Shown here: positions 20,468-29,558 of the stretch, piece by piece
Layout of the letters: each line of letters starts with the position of its first letter
Position numbering within the stretch: the first letter of the stretch is position 1
Source: Spirochaetota bacterium
GTDB taxonomy: Bacteria > Spirochaetota > UBA4802 > UBA5368
Assembly (NCBI GenBank): GCA_004297825.1
Contig: SCSX01000060.1
Span: 7,631-71,630 of the forward strand
Length of the DNA: 64,000 nt
Direction: 5' to 3'
Notes under the pieces: model-generated
The model's input: the letters and a program-made list of their open reading frames with translations, nothing else
Told to the model about the DNA's origin: nothing
Databases searched by the model: none
Made by a program: the position numbers and the translations under genes

Positions 20468-20855
20468 ATATCTTCTTGTCGGCGGATACGCTGTTGCCTA
20501 TCATGGGTATATCAGGGCCACCCATGACATCGATGTGTGGATTCGCGTCACGCCGGAAAATGTCCGCCGAGTAGTCGACGCGGTTACCGAATTTGGATTC
20601 GCTCCCGCCGATCTCAATCAGGAAATGTTTCTCAAGGAAGACCAGGTTATCCGGATGGGGGTGCCGCCTCTGCGAATAGAGGTCCTCACTTCGATATCAG
20701 GCGTTGCTTTTGAGGAATGCTACCGTAAGAGGGAGATCGCCGATATGGGCGACTACCAAATCCCTATCATAAGTCGCGATATGCTGATTAAGAACAAGCG
20801 GGCAAGCGGGAGACTAAAGGACCTTGGCGACGTCGAAAACCTGGGGAGGAAATAA
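20406..20855 (+). CDS. Minimal nucleotidyltransferase (MNT)-fold protein (start chosen at MMPFPEDF; ORF begins 20328)
   Basis: GGYAVAYHGYIRATHDIDVWI matches the hG[GS]x9-13DhD NTase signature. About 150 aa, the size of TA-associated NTases. Confidence 0.6.
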   Translation: MMPFPEDFKDFLKLLNSHDVEYLLVGGYAVAYHGYIRATHDIDVWIRVTPENVRRVVDAVTEFGFAPADLNQEMFLKEDQVIRMGVPPLRIEVLTSISGVAFEECYRKREIADMGDYQIPIISRDMLIKNKRASGRLKDLGDVENLGRK

Positions 20856-20859
20856 TCCC

Positions 20860-21816
20860 CTATCGGATTCTCGTCCGCTGAACCCCCAGGTCCACCACGC
20901 CGTCGGGGCTCGCGATGCGGGCCTCGATCACGTCGCCCGGCCGAAGATACCTGTCGTTGTGCGCAATCTCGCCCGCGATGAAACGCGCCGTGCGCTTCCC
21001 CTGCGGGATTCCTAGGATTTCGGCCATGCGCACCTGGAGGCGGGCGGGTTTTCCCAGCGCGACGCCCTTCGGGGTTCCGGTCGCGATGACGTCGCCGGGA
21101 AGCAGGTCGAACCTCTGCGCGAGGCACGCGACCAGCTCGTGCAGCCTGAAAATCATGTTCGCGGTCGTTCCCGCCTGGTGCTTGTGCGCATGGAGCTTCC
21201 CGTCCGGATCGTACACCTTGAGCTCCATGTCGAGCGCGTAGAGCCGTTCGAGGGCGGCTGCGTCGAGCGTCTGCACCACGGGGCCCGTCGGCGCGAAGGT
21301 CCGGTAGGTTTTCCCCAGGAACCACTGCCCGGTCGAGAGCTGCACGTCGCGCGCCGATACATCGTTGAAGATGGCTATCCCCAGCGAGAATTCGGAAAGG
21401 TTTTCCGCCGTAACACGCTCGTCCTTCCCGATTCTCCGCCCGATCACCAGGGCGAGCTCCAGCTCGTGATCCAGGAGCTTCACGCCCTCCGGGTACACGA
21501 TATCGTCATTGGCGCCCGACAGCGCCCCCGAGGTCTTCGTGAAGAAGATGGGGCTTTTTGGCGCGGGCATCCGCAGCTCGTCTGCGTGGTCCCGGTAGTT
21601 CAACCCCGCGCAGAATATGCGCGCGTTCGGGTCCGTGGGCGGGAGCATCTTCACGGAGGAGAGCGCTATCGGCGGTCCCGCCGGGGGACGCCGCTTCCGG
21701 AGCGCGCCGAACAGCTCTTCCACCGATTGGCAGCCGCGCAGCGGGCGCACGCGAGTTCCATCCACAATGCCGTAAAATTCCTTTCCGCCGCGCGCGGTGC
21801 ATTTCATGATCCGCAT
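20860..21816 (-). CDS. Fumarylacetoacetate hydrolase (FAH) family protein (2-keto-4-pentenoate hydratase/decarboxylase-like)
   Basis: FCAGLNYRDHADE, HELELALVIGRR and DVIATGTPKGV blocks characteristic of FAH-family metal-dependent hydrolases. An alternative start MKCT at 21807 gives an ATGA overlap with dus. Confidence 0.85.
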   Translation of the reverse strand: MRIMKCTARGGKEFYGIVDGTRVRPLRGCQSVEELFGALRKRRPPAGPPIALSSVKMLPPTDPNARIFCAGLNYRDHADELRMPAPKSPIFFTKTSGALSGANDDIVYPEGVKLLDHELELALVIGRRIGKDERVTAENLSEFSLGIAIFNDVSARDVQLSTGQWFLGKTYRTFAPTGPVVQTLDAAALERLYALDMELKVYDPDGKLHAHKHQAGTTANMIFRLHELVACLAQRFDLLPGDVIATGTPKGVALGKPARLQVRMAEILGIPQGKRTARFIAGEIAHNDRYLRPGDVIEARIASPDGVVDLGVQRTRIR

Positions 21817-22805
21817 TGGTTCTCTCCTTCCACCGGCTGGAATTCCCGTATCTGCTCCCCGGGGTTCCGGTCGAAATATCCTTCGACCGCGCGCGTCATG
21901 GCGTCAATAGAATTTTCCCTGCGGATGCGCGTGAAAAGGTCGTGGGAAAAATGGACGTTTCCCGAAAAATAAAAAGCGAATCGGTGCCCCCGGCTTTTAT
22001 GCAGGCGCTCGGGAAGGAGCGTCCCAATCGCGCGCAGGGTTTCCGTGAACACTTCGTACAGGTCCACGCGCAGCGGTTCCGCGCTTCCCGAGAGCGCGCG
22101 TTCACACAGCGCGAAGATCCACGGCGACTTCACCGCCTCGCGCCCCAGCATCACCGCGTCGCAGCCGGTCTCTCTTAAACGCGCAAGCGCCTGGTCCGGT
22201 GCCGTTATGTCGCCGTTGCCGATAACGGGGATGGGGAGCGCTTTTTTAAGAAGGCTTACCAGCTTCCAGTCGGCGCTGCGCCTGAACCCGAGCTTCGCGT
22301 GACGGCCATGCAGGGTGATGAAGTTCACGCCTTCCCCGTGAAGCATGGCGCAGAATCCCAGGAGCCGCTTCCCGTCTGCATCTTCGAAGCCCGCGCGCAT
22401 CTTGACGGAGAGCGCGCCCGCCGTCGCCGCGCGGCAGGCGGCCACGACCTCGCGTGCGCGCGCGGGGTCCGCGAGGAGCTGTGCGCCGGCGCCGGTTTTC
22501 AGAATATCGGGTGCCGCGCATCCCATGTTTATGTCGATCGAGAAGCAGCCGCGCGCTTCGAGGATGCGGCAGGCGTCGGCCATGACGCGGGGATTGGATC
22601 CCACGATCTGGTAAATGAAGGGGTCGTCACCCGGGAGCTTCCGCACGAGGGGCTCGTTGTGCGGCGAATGCGCGGCTATGGCCCCCGCCGAGAGCATTTC
22701 GGAACAGAGCACCGCTCCCTTCGAGAAGCGGCGGATGGTGCCGCGGAGCGCGGGCGTGGTGAGCTCCGCCATGGGCGCGCAGAAGAGCCTTGATGGAAGG
22801 ATCAT
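21804..22805 (-). CDS. dus: tRNA-dihydrouridine synthase (Dus family; start at MILPSRLF, ORF extends to 23087)
   Basis: FCAPMAELTTPALR, IDINMGCAAP (catalytic Cys), GVNFITLHGR and PVIGNGDI motifs of the FMN TIM-barrel Dus family. Confidence 0.85.
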   Translation of the reverse strand: MILPSRLFCAPMAELTTPALRGTIRRFSKGAVLCSEMLSAGAIAAHSPHNEPLVRKLPGDDPFIYQIVGSNPRVMADACRILEARGCFSIDINMGCAAPDILKTGAGAQLLADPARAREVVAACRAATAGALSVKMRAGFEDADGKRLLGFCAMLHGEGVNFITLHGRHAKLGFRRSADWKLVSLLKKALPIPVIGNGDITAPDQALARLRETGCDAVMLGREAVKSPWIFALCERALSGSAEPLRVDLYEVFTETLRAIGTLLPERLHKSRGHRFAFYFSGNVHFSHDLFTRIRRENSIDAMTRAVEGYFDRNPGEQIREFQPVEGENQCGS

Positions 22806-23038
22806 CGATACGCGGGCTTTCCGTACACCTTTTCGTAGGCGCGGCAGAAGGGACACACCCTCCTCTCTATCCGAACCATCCAGAAGAGAAAGCCCTTGCC
22901 TTTTTTCCGCGCGCGGACGCACACGGGACATTCGTTCTTGCAGTAGTCGGCCATTTCCTGGAGCTTTTCGCGCTCGTCCATCATGGTCCTCCGTTTCGGA
23001 TGATGGCCCGATGCTACGCGGCGGAGGGCCGGAGTCAA
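22802..23038 (-). CDS. Small zinc-ribbon-like protein translationally coupled to dus
   Basis: 78-aa ORF with CPVC...CPFC. Its TGA stop overlaps the dus ATG as ATGA (22802-22805). Confidence 0.35.
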   Translation of the reverse strand: MTPALRRVASGHHPKRRTMMDEREKLQEMADYCKNECPVCVRARKKGKGFLFWMVRIERRVCPFCRAYEKVYGKPAYR

Positions 23039-23103
23039 TACCTTTTCGGGTTTCTGGTAGGATGCTGCTCCGAGGGGCGCCCTTCATGGGAGATGGGCGA
23101 GGC

Positions 23104-23562
23104 TCACGGGGTTGTGTCGATCATCTCCGGGTGCGCGTCGATCCAGGCGAGGATGCCGTTCAACACGCCGGTGACGTCCTTTAATTCATCCCGGCATATT
23201 TCGTAAAGTTCGGCGTTCGATATCTCGTTGTAAAAGTGGACCATCCTGTTCCTGTAGCCGGCGAGTTTCTTCATCCCGGCCGCGGTGTCCGCGTCGATAA
23301 CGCCAACCTCACCGAGCTTCACCGATATACTTTTATATTCGGCGACGTCGATCGCGAATCCCTTCGCGAGTATATGCCTGCCCAGGTCCATGAGCGCCTC
23401 GAGCGCCCTTCTTAGGTAGGATTCCGCCGCTGCGGAATTGCGCGCGTCCAGCGAAAAGGATCGCATGTCCGCCAGCGGCAGCCGTTCGATGCCGGAGAGC
23501 ATGTCCCTGATCCACGCCGCGCGCTCCGACACGACCGATTCCCTGATCTTCGCTTTTGTCAT
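23104..23562 (-). CDS. hepT: HepT-like toxin (DUF86, HEPN RNase) of MntA/HepT TA system
   Basis: C-proximal YRNRMVHFY is the Rx4HxY HEPN/HepT motif. 152 aa. 4-bp overlap with the upstream MntA gene. Confidence 0.85.
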   Translation of the reverse strand: MTKAKIRESVVSERAAWIRDMLSGIERLPLADMRSFSLDARNSAAAESYLRRALEALMDLGRHILAKGFAIDVAEYKSISVKLGEVGVIDADTAAGMKKLAGYRNRMVHFYNEISNAELYEICRDELKDVTGVLNGILAWIDAHPEMIDTTP

Positions 23563-24023
23563 GGGACCCGCACCGCGAGGTTGTTTCTCCTGCGCTCCCT
23601 CTCGTAGTACATGAGGTCCCCGGCCCTTGCCATCACGTACAGCTCATACCTGGCCTGGTCGTCCGGGTCGCCGGCGTAGAGAAGCTCGCCCCGGATGATC
23701 TCCAGCGCGAGAAACGGGGAGGCGTCCTCCAGGAGGACGAGATCGACGCTCCCGGCGCCAAAGAAATCCTCCAGCGCGAAGCCGAATTCCACCTTGATGC
23801 GGGGTGAGGGGTACGCGTCCCTGCGAAACCTGGCGCCAATATCGATGTCGGACGGCGATTCCGCGAGGGCGGGAAGCTCGCCGCGCGCGAAACGGCATAT
23901 CTCGCCGCTCTTGCTTCCAAAGGAGTAGAGCTCCCGCACGCCGTATTCATCGCAAATTGATTCGAGTTGTCCAGTTCTGCCCGCCATGCCTTGAGGATGA
24001 TATAATTTTGGGGGAAATGTCAA
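23559..24023 (-). CDS. mntA: MntA-like nucleotidyltransferase antitoxin
   Basis: YSFGSKSGEICRFARGELPALAESPSDIDIG matches the GSxxxG...DxD minimal NTase motif. Immediately upstream of and overlapping HepT. True start possibly MAGRTG at 23987. Confidence 0.8.
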   Translation of the reverse strand: MTFPPKLYHPQGMAGRTGQLESICDEYGVRELYSFGSKSGEICRFARGELPALAESPSDIDIGARFRRDAYPSPRIKVEFGFALEDFFGAGSVDLVLLEDASPFLALEIIRGELLYAGDPDDQARYELYVMARAGDLMYYERERRRNNLAVRVP

Positions 24024-24050
24024 GAAAATATGGCAGGGCGGCGCGGTCCC

Positions 24051-27000
24051 TCAACTTATCAGGTTAACGCGCCATTTCCCTATTAATCCATCTATATAGG
24101 TAACCTCATAAACGGCGACATCGCCATTGGGCTCATAGATAATGGTAGCGCCGTGCTTATCGTCATACGCCGTTGCAATAGCCGTTGCTTTTGGACGCAC
24201 CTGCGAACCAACGGGTATAGTGCAGTCTTTCACCGTGCAACCGGCGATATCAAGCTCGTCGCTCTGGTAAACACAACATCGTTTTGATTCCTGTTTTGAC
24301 GTGTTTCCATTGTATTCTATCCAAAATCTCATGTCAAAAGGAGCGCGATTATGGATCTTGATCTTGTGCACGGGCGCATGATTTCCCCTCGTCTCATTTA
24401 AAATAACGGTATAATCCGTGGTTGTTCCCTTGACATCATACGTAGCTGCCTGATTGTTCTTTTTATATATGACCCATCGGTTACCGGAAACATCATAACC
24501 CCCACTCGCATAAACCTTTGCCCGCACCAGTGCGCCTTCTTTAATTTCCGGTGCGTCCGTCGCCAGATCACGGACCATGTGACTATTGATGGGGAAGTTG
24601 TCGGTCTTACAGCATGAGCCGCTCGTATTATCCGGATTTACATAATGAATTTCAAATGACATTACAAAACCCGCGTTATTGAAACACGCGATTTTTTGCG
24701 CTTTGTATCTCGCCGGGGTGATGATGTTCACCCCCGCAAGGCTTCCGATGTTATGAAGGGTTACGCCGACATCATTACCGGCGGCGTCCTTCAAGGTCGC
24801 ATGGTTCCTGACGATATCGCTCATTAAAACGACACCTCCCGAATCCCCCTCTTTGACCGTGTATCGGTACGTGATGCTGGTGTCGTTGACGGATTGCTGG
24901 ACCGCGCTGCCGATGTTCTGGAGGCCGAGCGCGCTGTCGGCGCCCGTCACGACGATGGTATTGTTGAATTTGACGGTGAAATCGAGGTGTTCGTTCACAC
25001 CGTAGGCCCTCGCCGCGGGCACGTCGACGCCGGTCACTCTGACGATGGTGTCGACGCTTACGCCCGCGGTGCTTCCGATACCGCGCAGGGTAATATCGGC
25101 GTCATATCCCGCCGTGTCCTTCACGGTCTTGTTGTTCAGGTATAACAGGCCTGCCGGGACCGTGACGGGGCCCTGGTCGCCCGTCTGCACCGTGTAGCGG
25201 TAGGTGATGCCGGCGGCGGGATTCGTAACCGGCTGCTGGATCGCGGCCTTCGTCGATGTACCGATAATAAAGCGCACCTCATTGGCGCCGTTTCCCTCGA
25301 TGTTCACTTCATTGCCGAAGTGGACGGTAAAATCGAGGCTTTCGCCATGGAGATAGGTCCGCGCGGCCGGGACGTCGACGCGCACGATCCTGGCGGTGGT
25401 GTCTGCGTTCACGCCCGCGGTGCTTTGGACTTCGTTCAGGTTTACATCCGCTTCCTTTCCCGACGCGTCTTTAATGGTCGTCGTGCCCATGTGGATCGCG
25501 CTTGAATTAACCAGGACGGCGCCCGAGTCCCCCGCTTTGACCGTGTATCGGTAGGTGATGCCGGCGGCAGGGTTCGTAACCGGTTGCTGGACCGCGTCGC
25601 CGATATTAAGGCCCAGCGTGCTGTCCGCGCCCGTTACGTTGATTCTTTCGCTGAAATGCACGATGAAATCGAGGTTGGCCCCTACGCCGTAGGTCCCGGC
25701 CGCGGGCACGGTGACGGTGGCTATCTTCGGCTTGATCAAATCCACCGTGTAGCTCAGGGTGAAGGGGGCCAGTACTGTGTCGTCCGGGAACTTGATGTTC
25801 GAGTCCGGATTCACGCGTACCTGCAGGGCGCCCTCCTCGAGCGTCCCGGAGAATTCGAGCGATATCATGTTCTCGATAAATCCCACGTTCTCGATGTTCG
25901 ACCTCAGGCCGAAATTGTCGTAGTGGACCCTGCTCAGGGTGAGGCCCGCCGCGCCGGGCAGCGCATAGTTCGAAGTTTTCGTGATCTCGCTTACATCCAG
26001 CGGCGTATCGCCCGCGACGAGCGTTCCCACCGGCCTGGAGAGGACAATATCGATTCTCGAATTCGGCAGGCCCGCGATATAACCCTGCGCGGGAACCACG
26101 GAAAGCACCGTCGGGGCGGCGAGCAGGTTGTCGATCCGCTTCCTGAGATACCGGGCCGCCGTGCCGAAATACGCGCTGTCGCTCATGAACGACGTGGTGT
26201 AGGTGGGATCGTTCAGGGTGAGGCCGCCCCCCGCGTCCGCGAGAAAATAGTTGGATTTAAGCCCGGCCCCGGGAACGTCCCTGTCGAACTGGATGAAGAT
26301 GGGCTCCAGGACCGAGGACGTGGTGCCGTTCTCCGGATACACGCTCAGAATTGAAAGGGAGGACGAAGGCGCCGCCTTGACGACCGTGTAGGTGTAGACG
26401 CCGGCGTTGTTGTGTATGTCGATGTGATTTGCCCCGGAATCGAGCCCCATTGCAGTCATCGTCAGACGCGCCGTGTTGCCCGGGGCCAGCGTTCCAGTGA
26501 CGGTGAGCCTGGCGATGTAGAGAGAGAGCCTGTTGAAGGAAATGGGATAGTTTTTGGCGGTGAAGCAGGTTTCCCATTTGTCGGCGATGAATTCCCGCTG
26601 GGTGGGGGAGCCCTTGTCGGTTATGATGAAGGTCCACATCTTCGTCCCGTCGCATCCGCCGTCGTAGGACGGGTCGTTGACGCGGTTGAATGCGGTGAGG
26701 TAGGTATCGGCATTGACGTGGTCGGAATCGATCACGGTGTAAAGGCCAGCGGTAATGGGATCGGATGGACTGATGTCTCCAGACGTAAAACGTCTCTCTA
26801 TGCCTCCACTTGATGGGAATTTTTCATTAATTCTTGACGCATCAATACTTTCATTATGCGAGAAAAATGCGATGGCGATTTTTAAGTTCGCAACTGGCAG
26901 TTCACTTCGCAGTTTGAGAAGATAGTAGACCCAGTCCCAACCACCGCCGATGTCGATGAAGGAGAGAATCGTGATAGTATCGTTAAAAAATGCCTCATTA

Positions 27001-27071
27001 AAATCAATTTGGCCGGATCTGCCATATTTATTTAGGGTGAAAAATGGTGGTTTAAATCCGATCTTTAGCAT
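24051..27071 (-). CDS. Large surface/adhesin-like protein with 4 tandem Ig-like (BIG-type) repeats
   Basis: 1006 aa. No N-terminal signal peptide. The central region has about 110-aa repeats each carrying QQPVTNPAAGITYRYTV(K/Q)(A/T)GD(S/Q)G. A Cys-containing C-terminal domain of about 250 aa. Confidence 0.65.
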   Translation of the reverse strand: MLKIGFKPPFFTLNKYGRSGQIDFNEAFFNDTITILSFIDIGGGWDWVYYLLKLRSELPVANLKIAIAFFSHNESIDASRINEKFPSSGGIERRFTSGDISPSDPITAGLYTVIDSDHVNADTYLTAFNRVNDPSYDGGCDGTKMWTFIITDKGSPTQREFIADKWETCFTAKNYPISFNRLSLYIARLTVTGTLAPGNTARLTMTAMGLDSGANHIDIHNNAGVYTYTVVKAAPSSSLSILSVYPENGTTSSVLEPIFIQFDRDVPGAGLKSNYFLADAGGGLTLNDPTYTTSFMSDSAYFGTAARYLRKRIDNLLAAPTVLSVVPAQGYIAGLPNSRIDIVLSRPVGTLVAGDTPLDVSEITKTSNYALPGAAGLTLSRVHYDNFGLRSNIENVGFIENMISLEFSGTLEEGALQVRVNPDSNIKFPDDTVLAPFTLSYTVDLIKPKIATVTVPAAGTYGVGANLDFIVHFSERINVTGADSTLGLNIGDAVQQPVTNPAAGITYRYTVKAGDSGAVLVNSSAIHMGTTTIKDASGKEADVNLNEVQSTAGVNADTTARIVRVDVPAARTYLHGESLDFTVHFGNEVNIEGNGANEVRFIIGTSTKAAIQQPVTNPAAGITYRYTVQTGDQGPVTVPAGLLYLNNKTVKDTAGYDADITLRGIGSTAGVSVDTIVRVTGVDVPAARAYGVNEHLDFTVKFNNTIVVTGADSALGLQNIGSAVQQSVNDTSITYRYTVKEGDSGGVVLMSDIVRNHATLKDAAGNDVGVTLHNIGSLAGVNIITPARYKAQKIACFNNAGFVMSFEIHYVNPDNTSGSCCKTDNFPINSHMVRDLATDAPEIKEGALVRAKVYASGGYDVSGNRWVIYKKNNQAATYDVKGTTTDYTVILNETRGNHAPVHKIKIHNRAPFDMRFWIEYNGNTSKQESKRCCVYQSDELDIAGCTVKDCTIPVGSQVRPKATAIATAYDDKHGATIIYEPNGDVAVYEVTYIDGLIGKWRVNLIS
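24860..25640. repeat. Intragenic tandem DNA repeats (~340-bp period, 3-4 copies) encoding the Ig-like repeats
   Basis: Near-identical segments gtgtatcggta(c/g)gtgatgc...ggattgctggaccgcg recur at about 24860, 25190 and 25540. Confidence 0.6.
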
Positions 27072-27106
27072 GCCAAGCCTCCATTATTTGTTATTGGAAT
27101 TCGCCA

Positions 27107-28576
27107 TCACTCTTTCCGCGTGTTGCCCCAGACGGAACTTGAGAGCGTCTGATCGTCGCCGGCCAATGAAACACTGATGGAATTCCATTCGCTCGCCGCG
27201 ATGAATGCCGCCGTGTCGTCGATATAATAGTAGTGGTCAGCGGTTGAGGCGTAGAAGTTGAAATAGTTGTGCGTCAAGGAAAGGGGATCCGCGTCGGATG
27301 TGAATTCACACATTCCTCTCATATGAGCAACAGAAATAGTGTTCGTCAATTCATTGTAATCGATTTGTGGTTGAGAATCATAATCCAACATTATCCCAAT
27401 GGCCATATTTCCGCCCCCTCCACAATCGATGGTGTTGTTATTAATAATAAGCGTTGTTGTTGTAGCAATAGCTGAATATATGCCGAAGGTGTTATATGCG
27501 TATCCCCCTCCAATTGTATTGTAAGAAATCTGGCTATTTGTACCTGCATCATATATTCCATAGGTGTAATCCCCACTTCCACTGGCATATCCCGGATCGA
27601 TAACGTTTTGCGAAATAATACAAGTGCCCGCGGTGACACGCATACCATACGCGTATTTTCTTTCGGCTTTGAACGAACCTTTCCCCTGTATGGTATTGTA
27701 TGAAATCGTCATGCTTCCCTGGCAGAAAATACCGGCAGTATAATCACCGTCGGCGAGCTTGATCGTGAAGCCGTCCAGAACTGTGCTGGCGGTATCGGTG
27801 ACCGAGGTTTCACAGTATACAGCCCTGTTGGGGGTCGATGTCGTTCCTCCCGAGGCGCTGGTATCCTCCACGATCGTCTCGTTGCCGCTTACGTCGCGCG
27901 CGCTGAAGTCGGAGGAATAGCCGCCATACACGGAGATGCCGTTTTTCATGCTGATAACGGGCGCGGAGGACACGGCATAATTCGACTGGTAGGTGCCCGC
28001 GCCCACCCGTACGGTGGGCATGTTGGCCGCTCCGTACTTGTCGTTTGCCCTGTCGATCCCGTCCTGGATAAGGCTGAGCGGCGCGGTCCTGGTTCCGGTG
28101 TTCGACGGGCTTCCGGGATTCTCCGCGCCGGCGGCCGGATTCACATACACCGCGTATTCCACATCGAAGGAATACTCCACGGTCCTGTTCAGCGTAAACG
28201 AACCGATGATCGAATCGCACTCCACCGTGAGGGTCTTGCCCGCGCCCTTCTCCCAGATGTTGGCCGACGGGGTGAGCGTGACCGTGTCGTTGTCATACGT
28301 TGTGGTGCTCCACGCGGCGACGATTGCGCCCGGATTGCCGTCCAGCGTCCCGCTCACCTGCAGGGAGGAGGGGTCCATCTCGTCCCCGAACCGGATCACG
28401 ATCTCCTCGTGCCCGGCGATGGTCGAGCCATCGGAGGGCGTGGCGGTTATGGCCGAGTACTTGTAATTATCCGCATCGGGATCGTTCGGGTTGTCACGCG
28501 CGACGTTCGCGCAGGAGAGCAACGACCCGCTGAGAATGCATAATGCCACCGTTATATTTATTGATCGCGTTTTCAT
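27107..28576 (-). CDS. Right-handed parallel beta-helix repeat lipoprotein (pectate-lyase-fold-like)
   Basis: Lipobox LLSCAN. Repeated NxIxGxG / NNTIDCGGGG / ISYNTIGGG turns typical of PbH1 beta-helix repeats. 36 bp upstream of the adhesin-like gene. Confidence 0.65.
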   Translation of the reverse strand: MKTRSINITVALCILSGSLLSCANVARDNPNDPDADNYKYSAITATPSDGSTIAGHEEIVIRFGDEMDPSSLQVSGTLDGNPGAIVAAWSTTTYDNDTVTLTPSANIWEKGAGKTLTVECDSIIGSFTLNRTVEYSFDVEYAVYVNPAAGAENPGSPSNTGTRTAPLSLIQDGIDRANDKYGAANMPTVRVGAGTYQSNYAVSSAPVISMKNGISVYGGYSSDFSARDVSGNETIVEDTSASGGTTSTPNRAVYCETSVTDTASTVLDGFTIKLADGDYTAGIFCQGSMTISYNTIQGKGSFKAERKYAYGMRVTAGTCIISQNVIDPGYASGSGDYTYGIYDAGTNSQISYNTIGGGYAYNTFGIYSAIATTTTLIINNNTIDCGGGGNMAIGIMLDYDSQPQIDYNELTNTISVAHMRGMCEFTSDADPLSLTHNYFNFYASTADHYYYIDDTAAFIAASEWNSISVSLAGDDQTLSSSVWGNTRKE

Positions 28577-28622
28577 ATACCGCCTCCCAATTTCTTCCGC
28601 CGCCTGCCGGGGCGGGGGATCG

Positions 28623-29558
28623 TCAGAACCTGTACCCGACGCTGAACGTATGCACCCGTTCGGGATACGGTGTCATGGTGTTCACACAATATTGGTAATC
28701 GAAGAAGGTATCGCGCGCCGCGCTTTCCACGGCGCCACCGCTGAAGTCCGGACGCGAGAAGAACAGGACGTCCACCCAGTGCGCCAGGTACACCGCCCCG
28801 AACACGATCAGAGAATAATTGAAGTAATCGCCCGCCTTCTTGTAGTCGTTGTACCTGCTGTCGAACTCGGAAGAACCTGTTCCCAGCTCATGGTATGCGT
28901 CGGATTTCGACTGGTAGTTTGCATACATGAAATACACGCCAGCCCCGGCGGCAAGGCCCAGGGACCCGAACACGATCCCCTTCACGGGGCGGCCCGCGTA
29001 GAACTGGCCCAGGCCCGGCACCGTGCTCAGGGTATAATAAAAGAAGGGCGATTTCGAGATGAGCACCTCCTTGTCGCCCCCCACGATCCTCTGCGCGAGC
29101 CTCTTGGCAACGTCCGTCGCGGTCTGGTCGATCACGTCGATTGACGCGCCCGTGCCTTTCTCGGCGAGCAGGGACGCCCCCTTCTCAACGTCGATATAGC
29201 GTACGGTGATGAGGATAGAGTTTTCGAGCGCGGTCACCTCGCCCGCGATGATTCTCCTGGCGGAGAGAAGCTTTCCCGCCTGTATGGCGCAGCCCTCATC
29301 GGTGCATCCGGTCATCTGGAAACTCTGCTCCGCGAGGATCGCCTTCATCTGGTTTCGCTCGACCACGGTGAAGTTGCCGTAATTGGAGAGCTCCGCGCGC
29401 ATGATGTCCGACACGGCGCCCGCGACGATAACCGGAACGCCCCTGGGGGTGAGGTCGAGTATGGCCACGGTCATCTTCTCAGCCGCGAAAAGGCCGGGCG
29501 CGGTGATCACCATTGCCACACCGACCAGGATGTGCACAAGCGTGGTCTTATTCAGCAT
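28623..29558 (-). CDS. Hypothetical envelope protein (periplasmic alpha/beta N-domain plus C-terminal membrane segment)
   Basis: Signal peptide MLNKTTLVHILVGVAMVITAPGLFAAEK. The VAILDL...AVSDIMRAELSNYGNFTVVERNQMKAILAEQ segment loosely resembles CsgG/LpoB-like domains. Start chosen at M25 (ORF to 29630). Confidence 0.45.
   Translation of the reverse strand: MLNKTTLVHILVGVAMVITAPGLFAAEKMTVAILDLTPRGVPVIVAGAVSDIMRAELSNYGNFTVVERNQMKAILAEQSFQMTGCTDEGCAIQAGKLLSARRIIAGEVTALENSILITVRYIDVEKGASLLAEKGTGASIDVIDQTATDVAKRLAQRIVGGDKEVLISKSPFFYYTLSTVPGLGQFYAGRPVKGIVFGSLGLAAGAGVYFMYANYQSKSDAYHELGTGSSEFDSRYNDYKKAGDYFNYSLIVFGAVYLAHWVDVLFFSRPDFSGGAVESAARDTFFDYQYCVNTMTPYPERVHTFSVGYRF

Noticed and set aside
20753-21972. 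ORFs 20753..21325 (-) and 21139..21972 (+) overlapping the FAH hydrolase and dus
   Set aside because: Arg/Pro/Gly-rich shadow frames. The FAH and Dus frames have family-specific motifs.
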